This document shows, piece by piece, positions 34,060 through 43,424 of a DNA stretch of 64,000 nucleotides. The notes beneath the pieces were generated by a model. That model worked only from the letters and a program-made list of their open reading frames with translations. It made no database searches and was not told the DNA's origin. Location of the stretch: positions 50,327-114,326 of the forward strand of contig BTUI01000007.1 in the NCBI GenBank assembly GCA_045863195.1, given 5' to 3'. Within the stretch, counting starts at the first letter, position 1; each line of letters starts with the position of its first letter. The translations under genes and the position numbers were made by a program. This DNA comes from Chloroflexota bacterium. GTDB lineage: Bacteria > Chloroflexota > Dehalococcoidia > UBA2979.

Positions 34060-35262
34060 CTACGAGGCAGGGGAGGCGGCCGCTGGCGCCTTGGCTGGCG
34101 CGGTACGGGTGCGCGCGATGAAGAACAGCGCGCCGAGGAGGATGAAGCAGCCCCCCGCGGCGAAGACGGTGCGGACTCCCGTCGCCTCCACGATCCGGCC
34201 GCCGCCGAGCGATCCGGCGAGGACGCCGATCGCATAGGCCATCGACTGCAGGCTCGCGACCGTCGCCATGCCGAGGGAGCGGCCGATCTCCACCTGCACC
34301 GCCTGCCCCGCCACGTTGAACAGCGCGCCACCGATGCCGACCCCGACGATGAACCCGCCGAGGATCACGAGGTACGCGGTGCTGAACGCAGCCGTGGAGT
34401 AGCCCAGCGCCACCATCGCCGCCCCGACCACCACCAGCATCCGGCGCGGGAGACGGTCGGCCACGTGCCCCAGCAGCGGCTGCAGCAGCCCCCCGGCGAA
34501 CTGCTGCCCCGCCAGCAACACACCCACCATCGTCGCGGTCACGGCCAGCGACTCCTCCAGGTAGACGGCGATGAAGGAGAAGGACGCGCCCATCGAGAAC
34601 GCGGAGGAGGCGCGCAGCGCGAAGAGCGCCTGCACGGTGGGGTGCCGCAGGATCGTGCCCCACGACGCGATGGGAGGCTGCACGCGAGGCGTGCCGTCGG
34701 CGGCGTGCGTCGCCACCGAGGACGGCAGCAGCAGCCACACGAGCGCCGACGACACCGAGAACAGCAGCGCCATGCTCAGGAACACGTCCTCGATCGCCGC
34801 GTGGTCACGGACGACGCCGGCCAACACGGGCCCCACGCCGAACCCGAAGAAGTCGAAGAGGCCGAAGACGCCCATGTAGCGCCCCTCGCGGCCGGTCGGC
34901 GCCAGGTCACCGACGTACGCCATTGCCATCGAGAAGATGAACGCGGAGCCCACACCGGAGAGCGCGCGGAAGGCGATGATGCCGGCGATGGAATCGGTGA
35001 GGTACCAGCCCACGGCGGCGGCAACGTAGGTGATGAGGCCACCCACCAGGAACGGCTTGCGGCCGAACCGGTCCGCCAGGCGTCCCGAGAATGGGCTGAT
35101 GAACACCTGCGTCAGCGCGAACGCCGAGAAGGTCAGGCCGATGGCGGTCCCGGTGGCGCCGAGCGACTTCGCGTAGACGGGCAGCACGGGCGTGACCATG
35201 CCCAGGCCCATCGTGGCGCAGAACATCGCAAAGCCCAGCGTCAGGAACGGCCGGGAGAGCAT
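34060..35262 (-). CDS. MFS transporter
   Basis: 400 aa, ~12 TM segments. Motif A GRLADRFGRKP. Confidence 0.85.
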   Translation of the reverse strand: MLSRPFLTLGFAMFCATMGLGMVTPVLPVYAKSLGATGTAIGLTFSAFALTQVFISPFSGRLADRFGRKPFLVGGLITYVAAAVGWYLTDSIAGIIAFRALSGVGSAFIFSMAMAYVGDLAPTGREGRYMGVFGLFDFFGFGVGPVLAGVVRDHAAIEDVFLSMALLFSVSSALVWLLLPSSVATHAADGTPRVQPPIASWGTILRHPTVQALFALRASSAFSMGASFSFIAVYLEESLAVTATMVGVLLAGQQFAGGLLQPLLGHVADRLPRRMLVVVGAAMVALGYSTAAFSTAYLVILGGFIVGVGIGGALFNVAGQAVQVEIGRSLGMATVASLQSMAYAIGVLAGSLGGGRIVEATGVRTVFAAGGCFILLGALFFIARTRTAPAKAPAAASPAS

Positions 35263-35348
35263 GGGGGCGATCCGATCGGTCGGATGAACGTGTGAGACGG
35301 GCCGCCCTCGCGGACGGCCCGTGCGTCGGTCTCGGCGGTGCGGGCGGT

Positions 35349-35906
35349 CTACCCGCGGCGGCGCTTCTCCTCGTGCGGGTTCGGGTCCCGCTCCGCGCGC
35401 TTGATGTCGTCGCGGTAGATCGCGTATTCGCGGGCGATCACGCTGCGCTTCGCGCGCTCCTGCTTCGGCGTGCCGCGGGTCTTCGTCATGCGACGGAAGG
35501 TCTGGGTGTCCTGGCGCTCGATCGTGTCGTTCGTCAGGTACATGCCCGCGCCTTCACCCTCCTTGCGCTTGAACTCCTGGCGAGCCTCGTACCGCTCGAT
35601 GTCCTCGATGGACGGAGCGGGCTTGTGGTCGTCGTCGTAGGAGAGCTCGGGGTGGCGCAGGCCGGCCTCCGACCCGGAGGTCAGCGGCCTGGAGACCTTC
35701 TTGTCCAGGTGCCAGTAGGTGCCGTCGTCCGGGAGGCGGCGCGGGGCGCCCTCGCGGAAGGTGAAGGCGGCCCACTCGCGGGACATGATGCGCTTCGCAT
35801 CGTCATCGCACTCGGGGCACGGCTGCGCCTTGTCCGCCTCGCGGGCGGGCCGGAGCAGTTCGAACACCCCGTTGCAGGGCTCGCAGTAGTACTCGTACAG
35901 CGGCAT
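35349..35906 (-). CDS. FmdB-family zinc-ribbon protein with long charged C-terminal tail
   Basis: MPLYEYYCEPCNGVFELLRPAREADKAQPCPECD (CxxC..CxxC). GGGGAGGGG SD. The track's 514-aa ORF is a false extension. Confidence 0.8.
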   Translation of the reverse strand: MPLYEYYCEPCNGVFELLRPAREADKAQPCPECDDDAKRIMSREWAAFTFREGAPRRLPDDGTYWHLDKKVSRPLTSGSEAGLRHPELSYDDDHKPAPSIEDIERYEARQEFKRKEGEGAGMYLTNDTIERQDTQTFRRMTKTRGTPKQERAKRSVIAREYAIYRDDIKRAERDPNPHEEKRRRG

Positions 35907-35944
35907 CGGATCCCCTCCCCACGGCCCGCACGCGGACCGCGCTC

Positions 35945-36499
35945 TCACGAGGATAACGTCTGTGGCCCACCCGCGGGATCTCCGCCCGGCGGCGAGGCGC
36001 CCACCAACGACCGGTAGACCGCCTCCGTCCGCTCGTCGAACGCGACGAAGATGACACGACGCGGCCACTCCGACTCCGCCAGGTGACGCTGGACCTCCAG
36101 CACTGCGACCGGTGCGGCGTGCTCCAGGGGGTATCCGTACAGGCCCGTGGAGATCGAGGGGAACGCGAGGCTCTCGATCTGCAGCCGGACGGCGTGCTCC
36201 AGGACGTGGCGGTAGCAGTCGCGCAGCGTCTCCTCCTCGCCTCGACGCCCGCCTGCCCACACCGGGCCGACGGTGTGGATCACCCAGCGCGCAGGGAGCC
36301 GATATCCGCTGGTGACCTTCGCCTGCCCTGGCTCGCACCCGCCCAGCAGCCGGCACTCCTTCAGCAGGTCGGGCCCGGCCGCGCGGTGGATCGCACCGTC
36401 CACCCCGCCACCGCCCAGCAGCGAGGGATTCGCCGCGTTCACGATGGCACCCACCGCCAGCGTGGTGATGTCCCCGCGGATGACCTCGACCGTGCCCAT
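35945..36499 (-). CDS. macro domain protein (O-acetyl-ADP-ribose deacetylase-like)
   Basis: ..IRGDITTLAVGAIVNAANPSLLGGGGVDGAIHRAAG.., ..VIHTVGPVW.., ..SLAFPSISTGLYGYP.. Confidence 0.88.
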   Translation of the reverse strand: MGTVEVIRGDITTLAVGAIVNAANPSLLGGGGVDGAIHRAAGPDLLKECRLLGGCEPGQAKVTSGYRLPARWVIHTVGPVWAGGRRGEEETLRDCYRHVLEHAVRLQIESLAFPSISTGLYGYPLEHAAPVAVLEVQRHLAESEWPRRVIFVAFDERTEAVYRSLVGASPPGGDPAGGPQTLSS

Positions 36500-36620
36500 G
36501 CGCGACTCGTCCTCCTCGTGCCCCAGCGGTTGGCGGGTGGGCAACAACGGCCTGATAGCGGATGATCGATGACAGCACCAGTGGGCGCGAGGGCGCGCCC
36601 GTGCGGGATTGGTGATTGCG

Positions 36621-36830
36621 ATGGCTTATTATGTCGTGGGCGGCGAGTACCGCGACACCACGTTTCGCGAACTCGTGAAGCCTGAGCCGGTGGACGGCCC
36701 CTACGAGCGGTACGAGGACGCCTTCATCGCGTGGCGGAACCATGCCCGCGCGACCATTGACCTCGCCACGACACGATTCCAGATCGTGGAGTCCGTGACG
36801 GCGCCCGCCGGGGTCACCCCGCGCGCGTAG
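36621..36830 (+). CDS. DUF4170-like small protein
   Basis: MAYYVVGGEYRDTTFRELV..GPYERYEDAFIAWRNHARATIDLATTRFQIV resembles the DUF4170 pattern, from memory. TTG 36609 is an alternative start. Confidence 0.6.
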   Translation: MAYYVVGGEYRDTTFRELVKPEPVDGPYERYEDAFIAWRNHARATIDLATTRFQIVESVTAPAGVTPRA

Positions 36831-36870
36831 AACGCGTACCGGGTAGGATGCGCCGGGGAGAGGGGGATCG

Positions 36871-37110
36871 ATGCGCAAACCACACGCTGGCAAGGTCGAC
36901 TACGAAACCGCCTTCAAGGGGTTCCACTACCCGATCTCGCGCGCGGCGATCCTCACCATGGGCCGCGACAAGGGTGGCGTGGACCGCGAGGTCGCCGTCA
37001 TCCTGAAGCAGCTCCCGGACCGCCGGTACGAGAACGTGGACCAGATCAAGGAAGCCGTCCGCGCGATCTACCGCGGCTACGGCGTCGAAGAAGCCGACCT
37101 CCCGGTCTAG
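36871..37110 (+). CDS. DUF2795-like small protein
   Basis: ..FKGFHYPISRAAILTMGRDKGGVDREVAVILKQLPDRRYENVDQIKEAV.. Strong GGGGAGAGGGGGA SD. Confidence 0.65.
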   Translation: MRKPHAGKVDYETAFKGFHYPISRAAILTMGRDKGGVDREVAVILKQLPDRRYENVDQIKEAVRAIYRGYGVEEADLPV

Positions 37111-37135
37111 GCCACGCGATCCGGATCACACGCCT

Positions 37136-37170
37136 GAGGGCCCGCTTGCGCGGGCCCTCGTTGTTGTTGG
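37136..37170 (+). terminator. rho-independent terminator
   Basis: gagggcccgc-ttgc-gcgggccctc (10-bp stem) followed by gttgttgttgg. Lies between convergent genes. Confidence 0.7.
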
Positions 37171-37194
37171 CGTAGCCGCCGGTCGTTGGCAGCG

Positions 37195-37806
37195 CTAGTT
37201 GATGGCGACCAGCTCCACCTCGAACGTCAGCGCTTCGCCGGCGAGCGGGTGGTTGGCGTCCACGGTCACGCCCTCCGCGCCCACGGCGGTGACCGTGGCG
37301 GGCGCGTCACCGAGGAAGACCTGCTGGCCGACCTCCAGGCCCGCCGGCGCCTGGGCCGCGGGGACGACGATGACCAGGTCCTCGCGGTGGACGCCGTAGG
37401 CGTTCTCAGCGGGGATGCGCACCGTCTTGGTCTCGCCGACCTGCATGCCGGTGATCGCCTCGTCAAAGCCCGCGATCACCTGGCCAGTGCCAAGCGTGAA
37501 CTGCAGCGGCTGCCCACCGCGCGAGGAGTCGAACTCCTCGCCCGAGTCCAGGGTGCCGCGGTAGTGCACCGAAACCGTGTCGCCTGCCTGGGCCATTCGA
37601 TCCTCCTGCGTCTCCCCGGTCGAGGTCGCCGTACCCGTCGCGGTCGACGTGGCTGTCTCGGCGGCCGGGGTGGTCGTCGCGGTCGCGGCGTCCGAGTCGT
37701 TCCCGCCGCAACCGGCGATCGTCGCCGCCAGTAGCATCGCGCCCACCAGGGCCGGACGGGAGCCGAAGCGTCGCAACCGCTGAAGCCTTCCGATTGTGTT
37801 CACCAT
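37195..37806 (-). CDS. FKBP-type peptidyl-prolyl isomerase, lipoprotein
   Basis: Lipobox ATIAGC. FKBP core (..GDTVSVHYRGTLDSGEEFDSS..LQFTLGTGQVIAGFDEAITGMQVGE..) with a SlyD-like insert and ..HPLAGEALTFEVELVAI. Start reset to ATG 37806. Confidence 0.88.
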   Translation of the reverse strand: MVNTIGRLQRLRRFGSRPALVGAMLLAATIAGCGGNDSDAATATTTPAAETATSTATGTATSTGETQEDRMAQAGDTVSVHYRGTLDSGEEFDSSRGGQPLQFTLGTGQVIAGFDEAITGMQVGETKTVRIPAENAYGVHREDLVIVVPAAQAPAGLEVGQQVFLGDAPATVTAVGAEGVTVDANHPLAGEALTFEVELVAIN

Positions 37807-37895
37807 CCCGGAAACGCTAGCACGCACCGCCGGTAGGGAGTGTGAAGCGGGTGTGAGCGGGTGACGCCACGCGGTACGCCCGATAGGCTCGGCGC

Positions 37896-38501
37896 GTGCC
37901 ATCGAAGAAAGACCCCGGCCGTCTGGTGTGGATCGACCTGGAGATGACCGGGCTCGAGCCCGATCGCCACGTCATCATCGAGATCGCCTCGCTCATCACG
38001 GACGGCGACCTGAACGTGCTGGCGGAGGGGCCCAACCTCGCCATCGCCCGGACCACGGAGGACCTGGCGAAGATGGACGCGTGGAACACCGCCACGCACC
38101 ACAAGTCCGGGCTCGTCGCCCGCATCCGGGCGTCCGAGGTGGACGTGGCGGAAGCAGAGCGCCAGACGCTCGCCTTCATCCGCCGCTGGGTCGCGAAGGG
38201 CGCGTCCCCCCTCGCCGGGAACTCCATCGCGCAGGACCGCCGCTTCCTGCGGCGTGAGATGCCGAAGTTGGACGCCTACCTGCACTACCGAAACGTGGAC
38301 GTCTCCACGGTGAAGGAACTCGCGCGGCGCTGGTACCCGGCGCTGACGCCGCCGGAGAAGAAGCAGGCCCACCGCGCGCTGGACGACATCCACGAGAGCG
38401 TCCAGGAACTGCGCTGGTACCGCGAGCGCGTCTTCCTGCCGCCGGACGCCGTGACGCCCCCGACCCCGCCCGCCGAGGCCGCCCCGCCCGCGGAGACGTA
38501 G
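37896..38501 (+). CDS. orn: oligoribonuclease
   Basis: ..[22 protein letters not shown].., ..[13 protein letters not shown].., ..[18 protein letters not shown].. (DEDDh exonuclease). Confidence 0.92.
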   Translation: MPSKKDPGRLVWIDLEMTGLEPDRHVIIEIASLITDGDLNVLAEGPNLAIARTTEDLAKMDAWNTATHHKSGLVARIRASEVDVAEAERQTLAFIRRWVAKGASPLAGNSIAQDRRFLRREMPKLDAYLHYRNVDVSTVKELARRWYPALTPPEKKQAHRALDDIHESVQELRWYRERVFLPPDAVTPPTPPAEAAPPAET

Positions 38502-38555
38502 CCCCTCAAGCCGCTCGCGCGCTCAGCCGATAGTTACGTCGAGTGGAGGGGAGCG

Positions 38556-39059
38556 ATGCCGGAGCAGGGTGCCGCCCACGCCTGGCAGATCGGCCGCGGC
38601 CGGCACGCCGAACGCGATGCCGACGCCCGCGTGCTGGTGTCCACGTACATGAGCAGCCCGGTGATCACCATCGCCGCCGACACGCCGGTGGCCGGCGCCA
38701 TGGCGGCGATGAGCGAATACCGCGTCCACCATCTGCTCCTGCACGACCGCGACCGCATCGTGGCGATCGTCTCGGACCGCGACCTGCACCGCCACGCTGG
38801 CAGCCGGGCCGGGACGCAGCGGGCGACGCGCGCGGACGATGCCGCCCTGCGCCACCCCGTGTACCGCCTCGCCACCTACGGGCTGATCACCGTCTCCGCG
38901 CACGCCACGATCGAGGAGGCGGCGGCGCTGGTCCTGGAACGCGGCGTCTCCGCCCTCCCCGTCACAGACGGCGATGACGGGATCGTGGGGATGATCACCA
39001 CCCGCGACCTGTTGCGCGGCCTGCTGACCTGCGCGCTCCCGGGCTCCGCCGTCGCCTGA
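38556..39059 (+). CDS. CBS domain pair protein
   Basis: GGAGG SD. Two CBS motifs (..YMSSPVITIAADTPVAGAMAAMSEYRVHHLLL.., ..GLITVSAHATIEEAAALVLERGVSALPVTD..IVGMITTRDLL). Confidence 0.8.
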   Translation: MPEQGAAHAWQIGRGRHAERDADARVLVSTYMSSPVITIAADTPVAGAMAAMSEYRVHHLLLHDRDRIVAIVSDRDLHRHAGSRAGTQRATRADDAALRHPVYRLATYGLITVSAHATIEEAAALVLERGVSALPVTDGDDGIVGMITTRDLLRGLLTCALPGSAVA

Positions 39060-39155
39060 CCCGCGTTGACCACCCGCGCGCGCGAGGCGTACCGTCTGCA
39101 CCTCGCCGCGATGCACCCCGCAGATCGAGGGTGCCTGAGGAAGGGAGCCCGAGGC

Positions 39156-39245
39156 ATGACCGTCACCGTCGCCCGCCGGGGCTCTGTGCGCCCCTCGCGC
39201 TCCTTCATCCAGCGGCGTCGCACCGTGCAGGATTCCCGCGATTAG
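39156..39245 (+). CDS. candidate 29-aa basic mini-ORF (MTVTVARRGSVRPSRSFIQRRRTVQDSRD)
   Basis: Sits in the 239-nt gap upstream of rsgA. GGAAGGGAG SD 8 nt before the ATG. No homology recognised; weak support. Confidence 0.25.
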   Translation: MTVTVARRGSVRPSRSFIQRRRTVQDSRD

Positions 39246-39298
39246 CGATTCCCGGCACAGGCACGGTCGCGCCTCGACCCCACCGAGGTGGTCTCATC

Positions 39299-40423
39299 AT
39301 GTCTGTACCAATGACTGACGCCGTCCCGTTGACGGCGCTGGGCTGGGACGAACGCCTCCAGGAGCGATTCGACGCGCTCGCCGTCCCCGACCACACCGCC
39401 CTGCAACCGGGTCGCGTCGCGCGGGTCGACCGAGGCGCGCTCACCGTGCTCCTCGACGGATCGACCGCCCGCGCCGAACTCTCGCCGGCACTCCGCCGGC
39501 TCGCTGCAGCCGGAGCGCCCGAGGCGATCCCGGCCGCCGGTGACTGGGTCGCCGTGCGACTCCGCCCCGACCACGCCCTGGACGAGGTCGCGGCGCTGCT
39601 GCCGCGTGACGGCGCCTTCGTCCGACGGGCACCGGTCGCCCATGACCGGACCGACGGCGGAGAACCCGCTCAGGTGCTCGCCGCGAACGTCACGGTCGCG
39701 TTCCTCGTCGCCGCCGCCACGGACGTGCGTGCCGGGCGTCTGGAGCGCGCTGGCGTGGTCGCGTGGGAAGCCGGCGCGCGGCCGGTGGTGGTGCTCACGA
39801 AGGCTGACCTCGTCAGCGACCCGTCACCGGCAATCGCCGCTGCAGAGGCGGCCGTCCCGGGCGTCCCCATCCACCTCATCGACAGCCTGACCGGCGAGGG
39901 GATCGCGACGCTGGCGCCGTACCTCGTGGGGACGCCGACCGTCGTACTCCTCGGGGCATCCGGCGTCGGGAAGTCCACGCTCGCAAACGCGCTGCTCGGT
40001 GCTGAGGTAGTCGCAACGGGCGCGGTGCGCGAGGCGGACGGGCGCGGCCGCCACACAACCACCGCCCGTCACCTGCTCCCGCTCCCCGGCGGTGGTGCGC
40101 TCATCGACACCCCCGGCATCCGGGCGATCGCCACGTGGGGCGCATCGGACGGCATCGACCGCGTCTTCGAGGAGATCGAGGCGATCGCGGCGGAGTGCCG
40201 CTTCAGCGACTGCGGTCACCAGAGCGAACCCGGCTGCGCGGTGCACGAGGCATTGGCCTCCGGCGTGATCGACCCGGCCCGTCTCGAGCGGTTCCGCCGC
40301 GTCGAACGAGAGCGCGCGTACCAGGTGCGCAAGGAGAACCCGACGGCGGCCGCGACCGAGCGTGCGAAGTGGAAGCAGATCCAGCGCACGATGCGGAAGC
40401 GTGGCAGCGAGAAGCACGACTGA
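39299..40423 (+). CDS. rsgA: ribosome small-subunit-dependent GTPase A
   Basis: Circularly permuted GTPase: ..VVLTKADL.. (G4), ..LLGASGVGKSTLANALLG.. (G1), ..DTPGIR.. (G3). Zn motif CRFSDCGHQSEPGCAV. Start reset to ATG 39299 (GAGGTG SD). Confidence 0.9.
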   Translation: MSVPMTDAVPLTALGWDERLQERFDALAVPDHTALQPGRVARVDRGALTVLLDGSTARAELSPALRRLAAAGAPEAIPAAGDWVAVRLRPDHALDEVAALLPRDGAFVRRAPVAHDRTDGGEPAQVLAANVTVAFLVAAATDVRAGRLERAGVVAWEAGARPVVVLTKADLVSDPSPAIAAAEAAVPGVPIHLIDSLTGEGIATLAPYLVGTPTVVLLGASGVGKSTLANALLGAEVVATGAVREADGRGRHTTTARHLLPLPGGGALIDTPGIRAIATWGASDGIDRVFEEIEAIAAECRFSDCGHQSEPGCAVHEALASGVIDPARLERFRRVERERAYQVRKENPTAAATERAKWKQIQRTMRKRGSEKHD

Positions 40424-40478
40424 GCGTGCCTGCCGCCATCGAGGCCAGAGCGGTGCGCCCCGGCCTCGATGGGTGCGC

Positions 40479-41360
40479 TTAGCCGCGGTGGGCGGCGTCC
40501 CGGGTCTGCTTGAAGGCATCCCAGCCCTGCTCCCGCAGGGTGGCAAGGCGTTCCGCGGCGACCTTGTCGTTGCGGGTGTTCGCGGCGAGTTCGGCGAGCA
40601 CCGGGTCCTGGCGGTAGTCGAAGCCCTGCTGGAAGCCGCCGATCTCGTGGACGCGGTTCACCAGCATCTTGGTCAGGGCCAGCGCGGTCGGTGGGAGCGA
40701 GGCGATGCGCTTCGCGAACGCCTCGGTCTCCTCGTCCAGCCGGTCGGTGGGGACGATGCGGTTGACCAGGCCCAGGCGCTGCGCGTCCTCCGCGCCGAAC
40801 ACCTCGCCCGTCATCAGCAGTTCCTTCGCGCCCTTCGGCCCCGTCAGGTACGGGACGATGAGGATCGGCGGCGGGAACCCGTGGCGGATCTGGATCTCAC
40901 CGAACTTCGCGTCCTCCGCCGCAATCGTCAGGTCGCACATCCCGGCGATCTCACAGCCCTGACCCACGGCGTGGCCGCGGACCGAGGCGATCACCGGCTT
41001 CTGCATACGCCAGATGCGCATGACGTTGTCCACCATACTCGGCGCGGGGATGTGCTCCGGGCGCGGCGAGGACTGCAGGTCGCCGCCGGCGCAGAACGCC
41101 CGGCCGGCGCCACGGATCACCACCACGCGCGCGGCCTCGTCCGCCTCCGCCTGCTCCAGCGCCCGGCCGAACTCGCGAGTGAGCGACCAGTCCACGGCGT
41201 TCAGGACGAGCGGCCGGTTGAAGGTGATCCAGCCGATGCCGTCGCGTGACTCGTACAGGACATCGTTCTCGGACGGGGCGGGGACCTCGTACCCCTCGGG
41301 CGTGTAGCGCTTGCCCGCTTCGCGCTCCGACTCCGGCACCACCCGCGGCGTGTCAGTCAT
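40479..41360 (-). CDS. enoyl-CoA hydratase/isomerase (crotonase) family protein
   Basis: ..VVVIRGAGRAFCAGGDL.., ..KPVIASVRGHAVGQGCEIAGMCDL.. Confidence 0.88.
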   Translation of the reverse strand: MTDTPRVVPESEREAGKRYTPEGYEVPAPSENDVLYESRDGIGWITFNRPLVLNAVDWSLTREFGRALEQAEADEAARVVVIRGAGRAFCAGGDLQSSPRPEHIPAPSMVDNVMRIWRMQKPVIASVRGHAVGQGCEIAGMCDLTIAAEDAKFGEIQIRHGFPPPILIVPYLTGPKGAKELLMTGEVFGAEDAQRLGLVNRIVPTDRLDEETEAFAKRIASLPPTALALTKMLVNRVHEIGGFQQGFDYRQDPVLAELAANTRNDKVAAERLATLREQGWDAFKQTRDAAHRG

Positions 41361-41486
41361 GGCGTTCCCGTCCTCCCAGATCGAGACGCACCGAGGCGTC
41401 CCCACGGTGGAGACGCCTCGGCTCGATGTGCTGGGTGGATTCTACGTCCGGCAGCGGTACGGGCCCGCCGCCGGACGCCGCCGACG

Positions 41487-42005
41487 CTACTGGGCGGTGA
41501 AGGTCACCTGGCGGTCGCCGGCGATCACCGTGTAGGTCTCGCCCGACTGGAACGCGCTGCCGAGCGAGATGTTGTGCTCGGCAATGCCGTAGATCATCGT
41601 GCAGGCCACGTTCGGGTCAGACGGCATGCTGTTCCACACGACCAGCGTGATGGTGTTCCCGTCCCGCGTCACCTCGGTCCCCTCGTACACGGCGCAGCCG
41701 CTCGGGAGGCCGGCCGTCACGGTGACGGCGTACTGCGGCGGCGCTGATTCCATGATGCGCACGTCACTCAGGCCCTCGATGGGCGCGAGTTCCAGCCGGC
41801 GTCCGTCCGGCACCTGCGGTGCGGGCGCGGAGCCGTCCGGGTTCGGGGTCGCCGACGGCGATCCGCCACCGGGGGCCGGGGTGCTCGTCACGGGCGTGTC
41901 GCCGCCGCCGGGCGCCGGGGTGGGGTCGGCGTCGCCGGAACAGGCGACCAGGGCGAAGGCGGCAACGGCCGCTGCGGCGACCGTCAGGATGCGTCGAATC
42001 TGCAT
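41487..42005 (-). CDS. hypothetical lipoprotein (172 aa)
   Basis: ATG 42005 with GGAGGG SD. Signal peptide plus lipobox FALVAC. Pro/Gly/Thr linker, then a compact domain. The track's 372-aa version is a false extension. Confidence 0.7.
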   Translation of the reverse strand: MQIRRILTVAAAAVAAFALVACSGDADPTPAPGGGDTPVTSTPAPGGGSPSATPNPDGSAPAPQVPDGRRLELAPIEGLSDVRIMESAPPQYAVTVTAGLPSGCAVYEGTEVTRDGNTITLVVWNSMPSDPNVACTMIYGIAEHNISLGSAFQSGETYTVIAGDRQVTFTAQ

Positions 42006-42119
42006 GGTCAGTCCCTCCATCGCGCTCGCCGCCCGCGGCAGCGGGGTACATGCCTGTGACGCCCGAGGCCCCTCTCCGGTTCCCGGGCCGCTCACGGCGG
42101 GAGCGGATATGCTCCCAGC

Positions 42120-42317
42120 ATGGCCGACACCATCACGCTGTGGCTGTTTCTCGCGGGCCTGGCCTTGTTCGTGACCGGCGACCTGCTCTGGCTGCTGCGC
42201 AACACATTTAACCGCCCGATGCAGATGCGCGTCACCGGCGCGCTCATCGGCGCGGGGATCGTCCTCCTCACGATCGGCCTGGCGCTGTTCGCCGTCCGCG
42301 GCGGGGGCGGCGGCTGA
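42120..42317 (+). CDS. small membrane protein (65 aa, 2 predicted TM)
   Basis: MADTITLWLFLAGLALFVTGDLLWLL..VTGALIGAGIVLLTIGLALFAV. Its stop lies 1 nt before the DinB-family start. Confidence 0.55.
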   Translation: MADTITLWLFLAGLALFVTGDLLWLLRNTFNRPMQMRVTGALIGAGIVLLTIGLALFAVRGGGGG

Positions 42318-42318
42318 C

Positions 42319-42783
42319 GTGCGCACCGCCGAAGAACTGATCCAACAACTGGCGTTCGAGGTCTGGGCGGACCGCGCACAGATCGCCTCCATCGGCTCGG
42401 TGGAGCAGCCGTCCGAGCAACTGCTGCAGATCGCCTGGCACCTGCTCGTCGCTGCCGAGACGTGGCTGTCTCGGATCGATGGCACGGAGCCCGCCGCCCC
42501 GTTCGAGTGGGTGACCCCGGAGCGCGAGGCGCTCCCCCCGCTCCTGGACCAGGTCTGCGACCACTTCCTCCGCATCGCGATGGCGATGGACGATGCGCGC
42601 CTCAACGCACCGGTCGCGTACTCGAACTCGCGTGGCGAGCCGTACGAGAACCTCGTGGGGGACGTCCTGGAGCACGTCCTCCTGCACGGCGCGGAGCACC
42701 GCGGCCAGATCGCGCTGGAGGTCGGCCGTCAGGGCGGCGAGCCCGCCGAGACCGAGTACATCTTCTGGCTGCGCGGCGACTGA
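42319..42783 (+). CDS. DinB-family protein
   Basis: Four-helix DinB pattern with His triad candidates (..WHLLVAAETW.., ..VLEHVLLHGAEHRGQI..). Confidence 0.75.
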   Translation: MRTAEELIQQLAFEVWADRAQIASIGSVEQPSEQLLQIAWHLLVAAETWLSRIDGTEPAAPFEWVTPEREALPPLLDQVCDHFLRIAMAMDDARLNAPVAYSNSRGEPYENLVGDVLEHVLLHGAEHRGQIALEVGRQGGEPAETEYIFWLRGD

Positions 42784-42799
42784 TCCGCAGCGGCCACAG

Positions 42800-43408
42800 A
42801 TGACCGAACCGATCACCATACCCACCGCCCGAGGCGACGTGCTGGCGCTCTGGGATGCACCGGCCGGGCCACCTCGCGCGGCCGCGGTGCTGGTCGGCGG
42901 GGGCGATGGCGGCTTCGACGGCCCCGCGGAGGCGCTGTACCCGACGCTCGCCGAAGACCTCGTACCGCTCGGTCTCGGCGTGCTCCGGCTGGACTTCCGC
43001 ATCCACCGCTTCCCGAACGACGTGGACGAAGGCGTCCACGACGTGCTCGCGGGCCTGGACTGGCTGCAGGGTCAGGGGGTCGAGGCGGCCGGCCTCGTCG
43101 GGCACTCCTTCGGTGGGGCGGTCGTGATCGAGGCGGCCGCGCAGGCGCCGTCGGTCGGGGCGGTGGTGACGCTGGCGACGCAGACGGCGGGCGCGCAGCG
43201 GGTGGCGCTCGTCGCGCCCCGGCCGCTGCTGCTGATCCACGGCCTGGAGGACGTGCGCCTGTCGCCGCGCTGCTCCGAGTTGCTGTACGGCATGGCGGGC
43301 GAGCCGAAGTCGCTCGTCCTCATCCCGGGCGCCACGCATTCGCTGCGGCAGGCGCGCGAGGACGTCCGGACGCGCGTCCTGGACTTCCTCGCCGCCTCGT
43401 TGCGTTGA
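42800..43408 (+). CDS. alpha/beta hydrolase (dienelactone-hydrolase-like)
   Basis: Nucleophile elbow GHSFGG. ..LLLIHGLEDV.., ..PGATHSL... Start reset to ATG 42800. Confidence 0.8.
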   Translation: MTEPITIPTARGDVLALWDAPAGPPRAAAVLVGGGDGGFDGPAEALYPTLAEDLVPLGLGVLRLDFRIHRFPNDVDEGVHDVLAGLDWLQGQGVEAAGLVGHSFGGAVVIEAAAQAPSVGAVVTLATQTAGAQRVALVAPRPLLLIHGLEDVRLSPRCSELLYGMAGEPKSLVLIPGATHSLRQAREDVRTRVLDFLAASLR

Positions 43409-43424
43409 ACCGCGGTGGAGGGGC

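Noticed and set aside
35349-36893. 514-aa ORF fusing the FmdB gene to upstream sequence; likewise 45206-47104 (632 aa), 41487-42605 (372 aa), 11528-12958 (476 aa) and 59852-62635 (927 aa)
   Set aside because: Only the C-terminal parts look like proteins. Internal ATG/GTG codons with good SDs give products of normal family length. The extensions overlap other supported genes in different frames.
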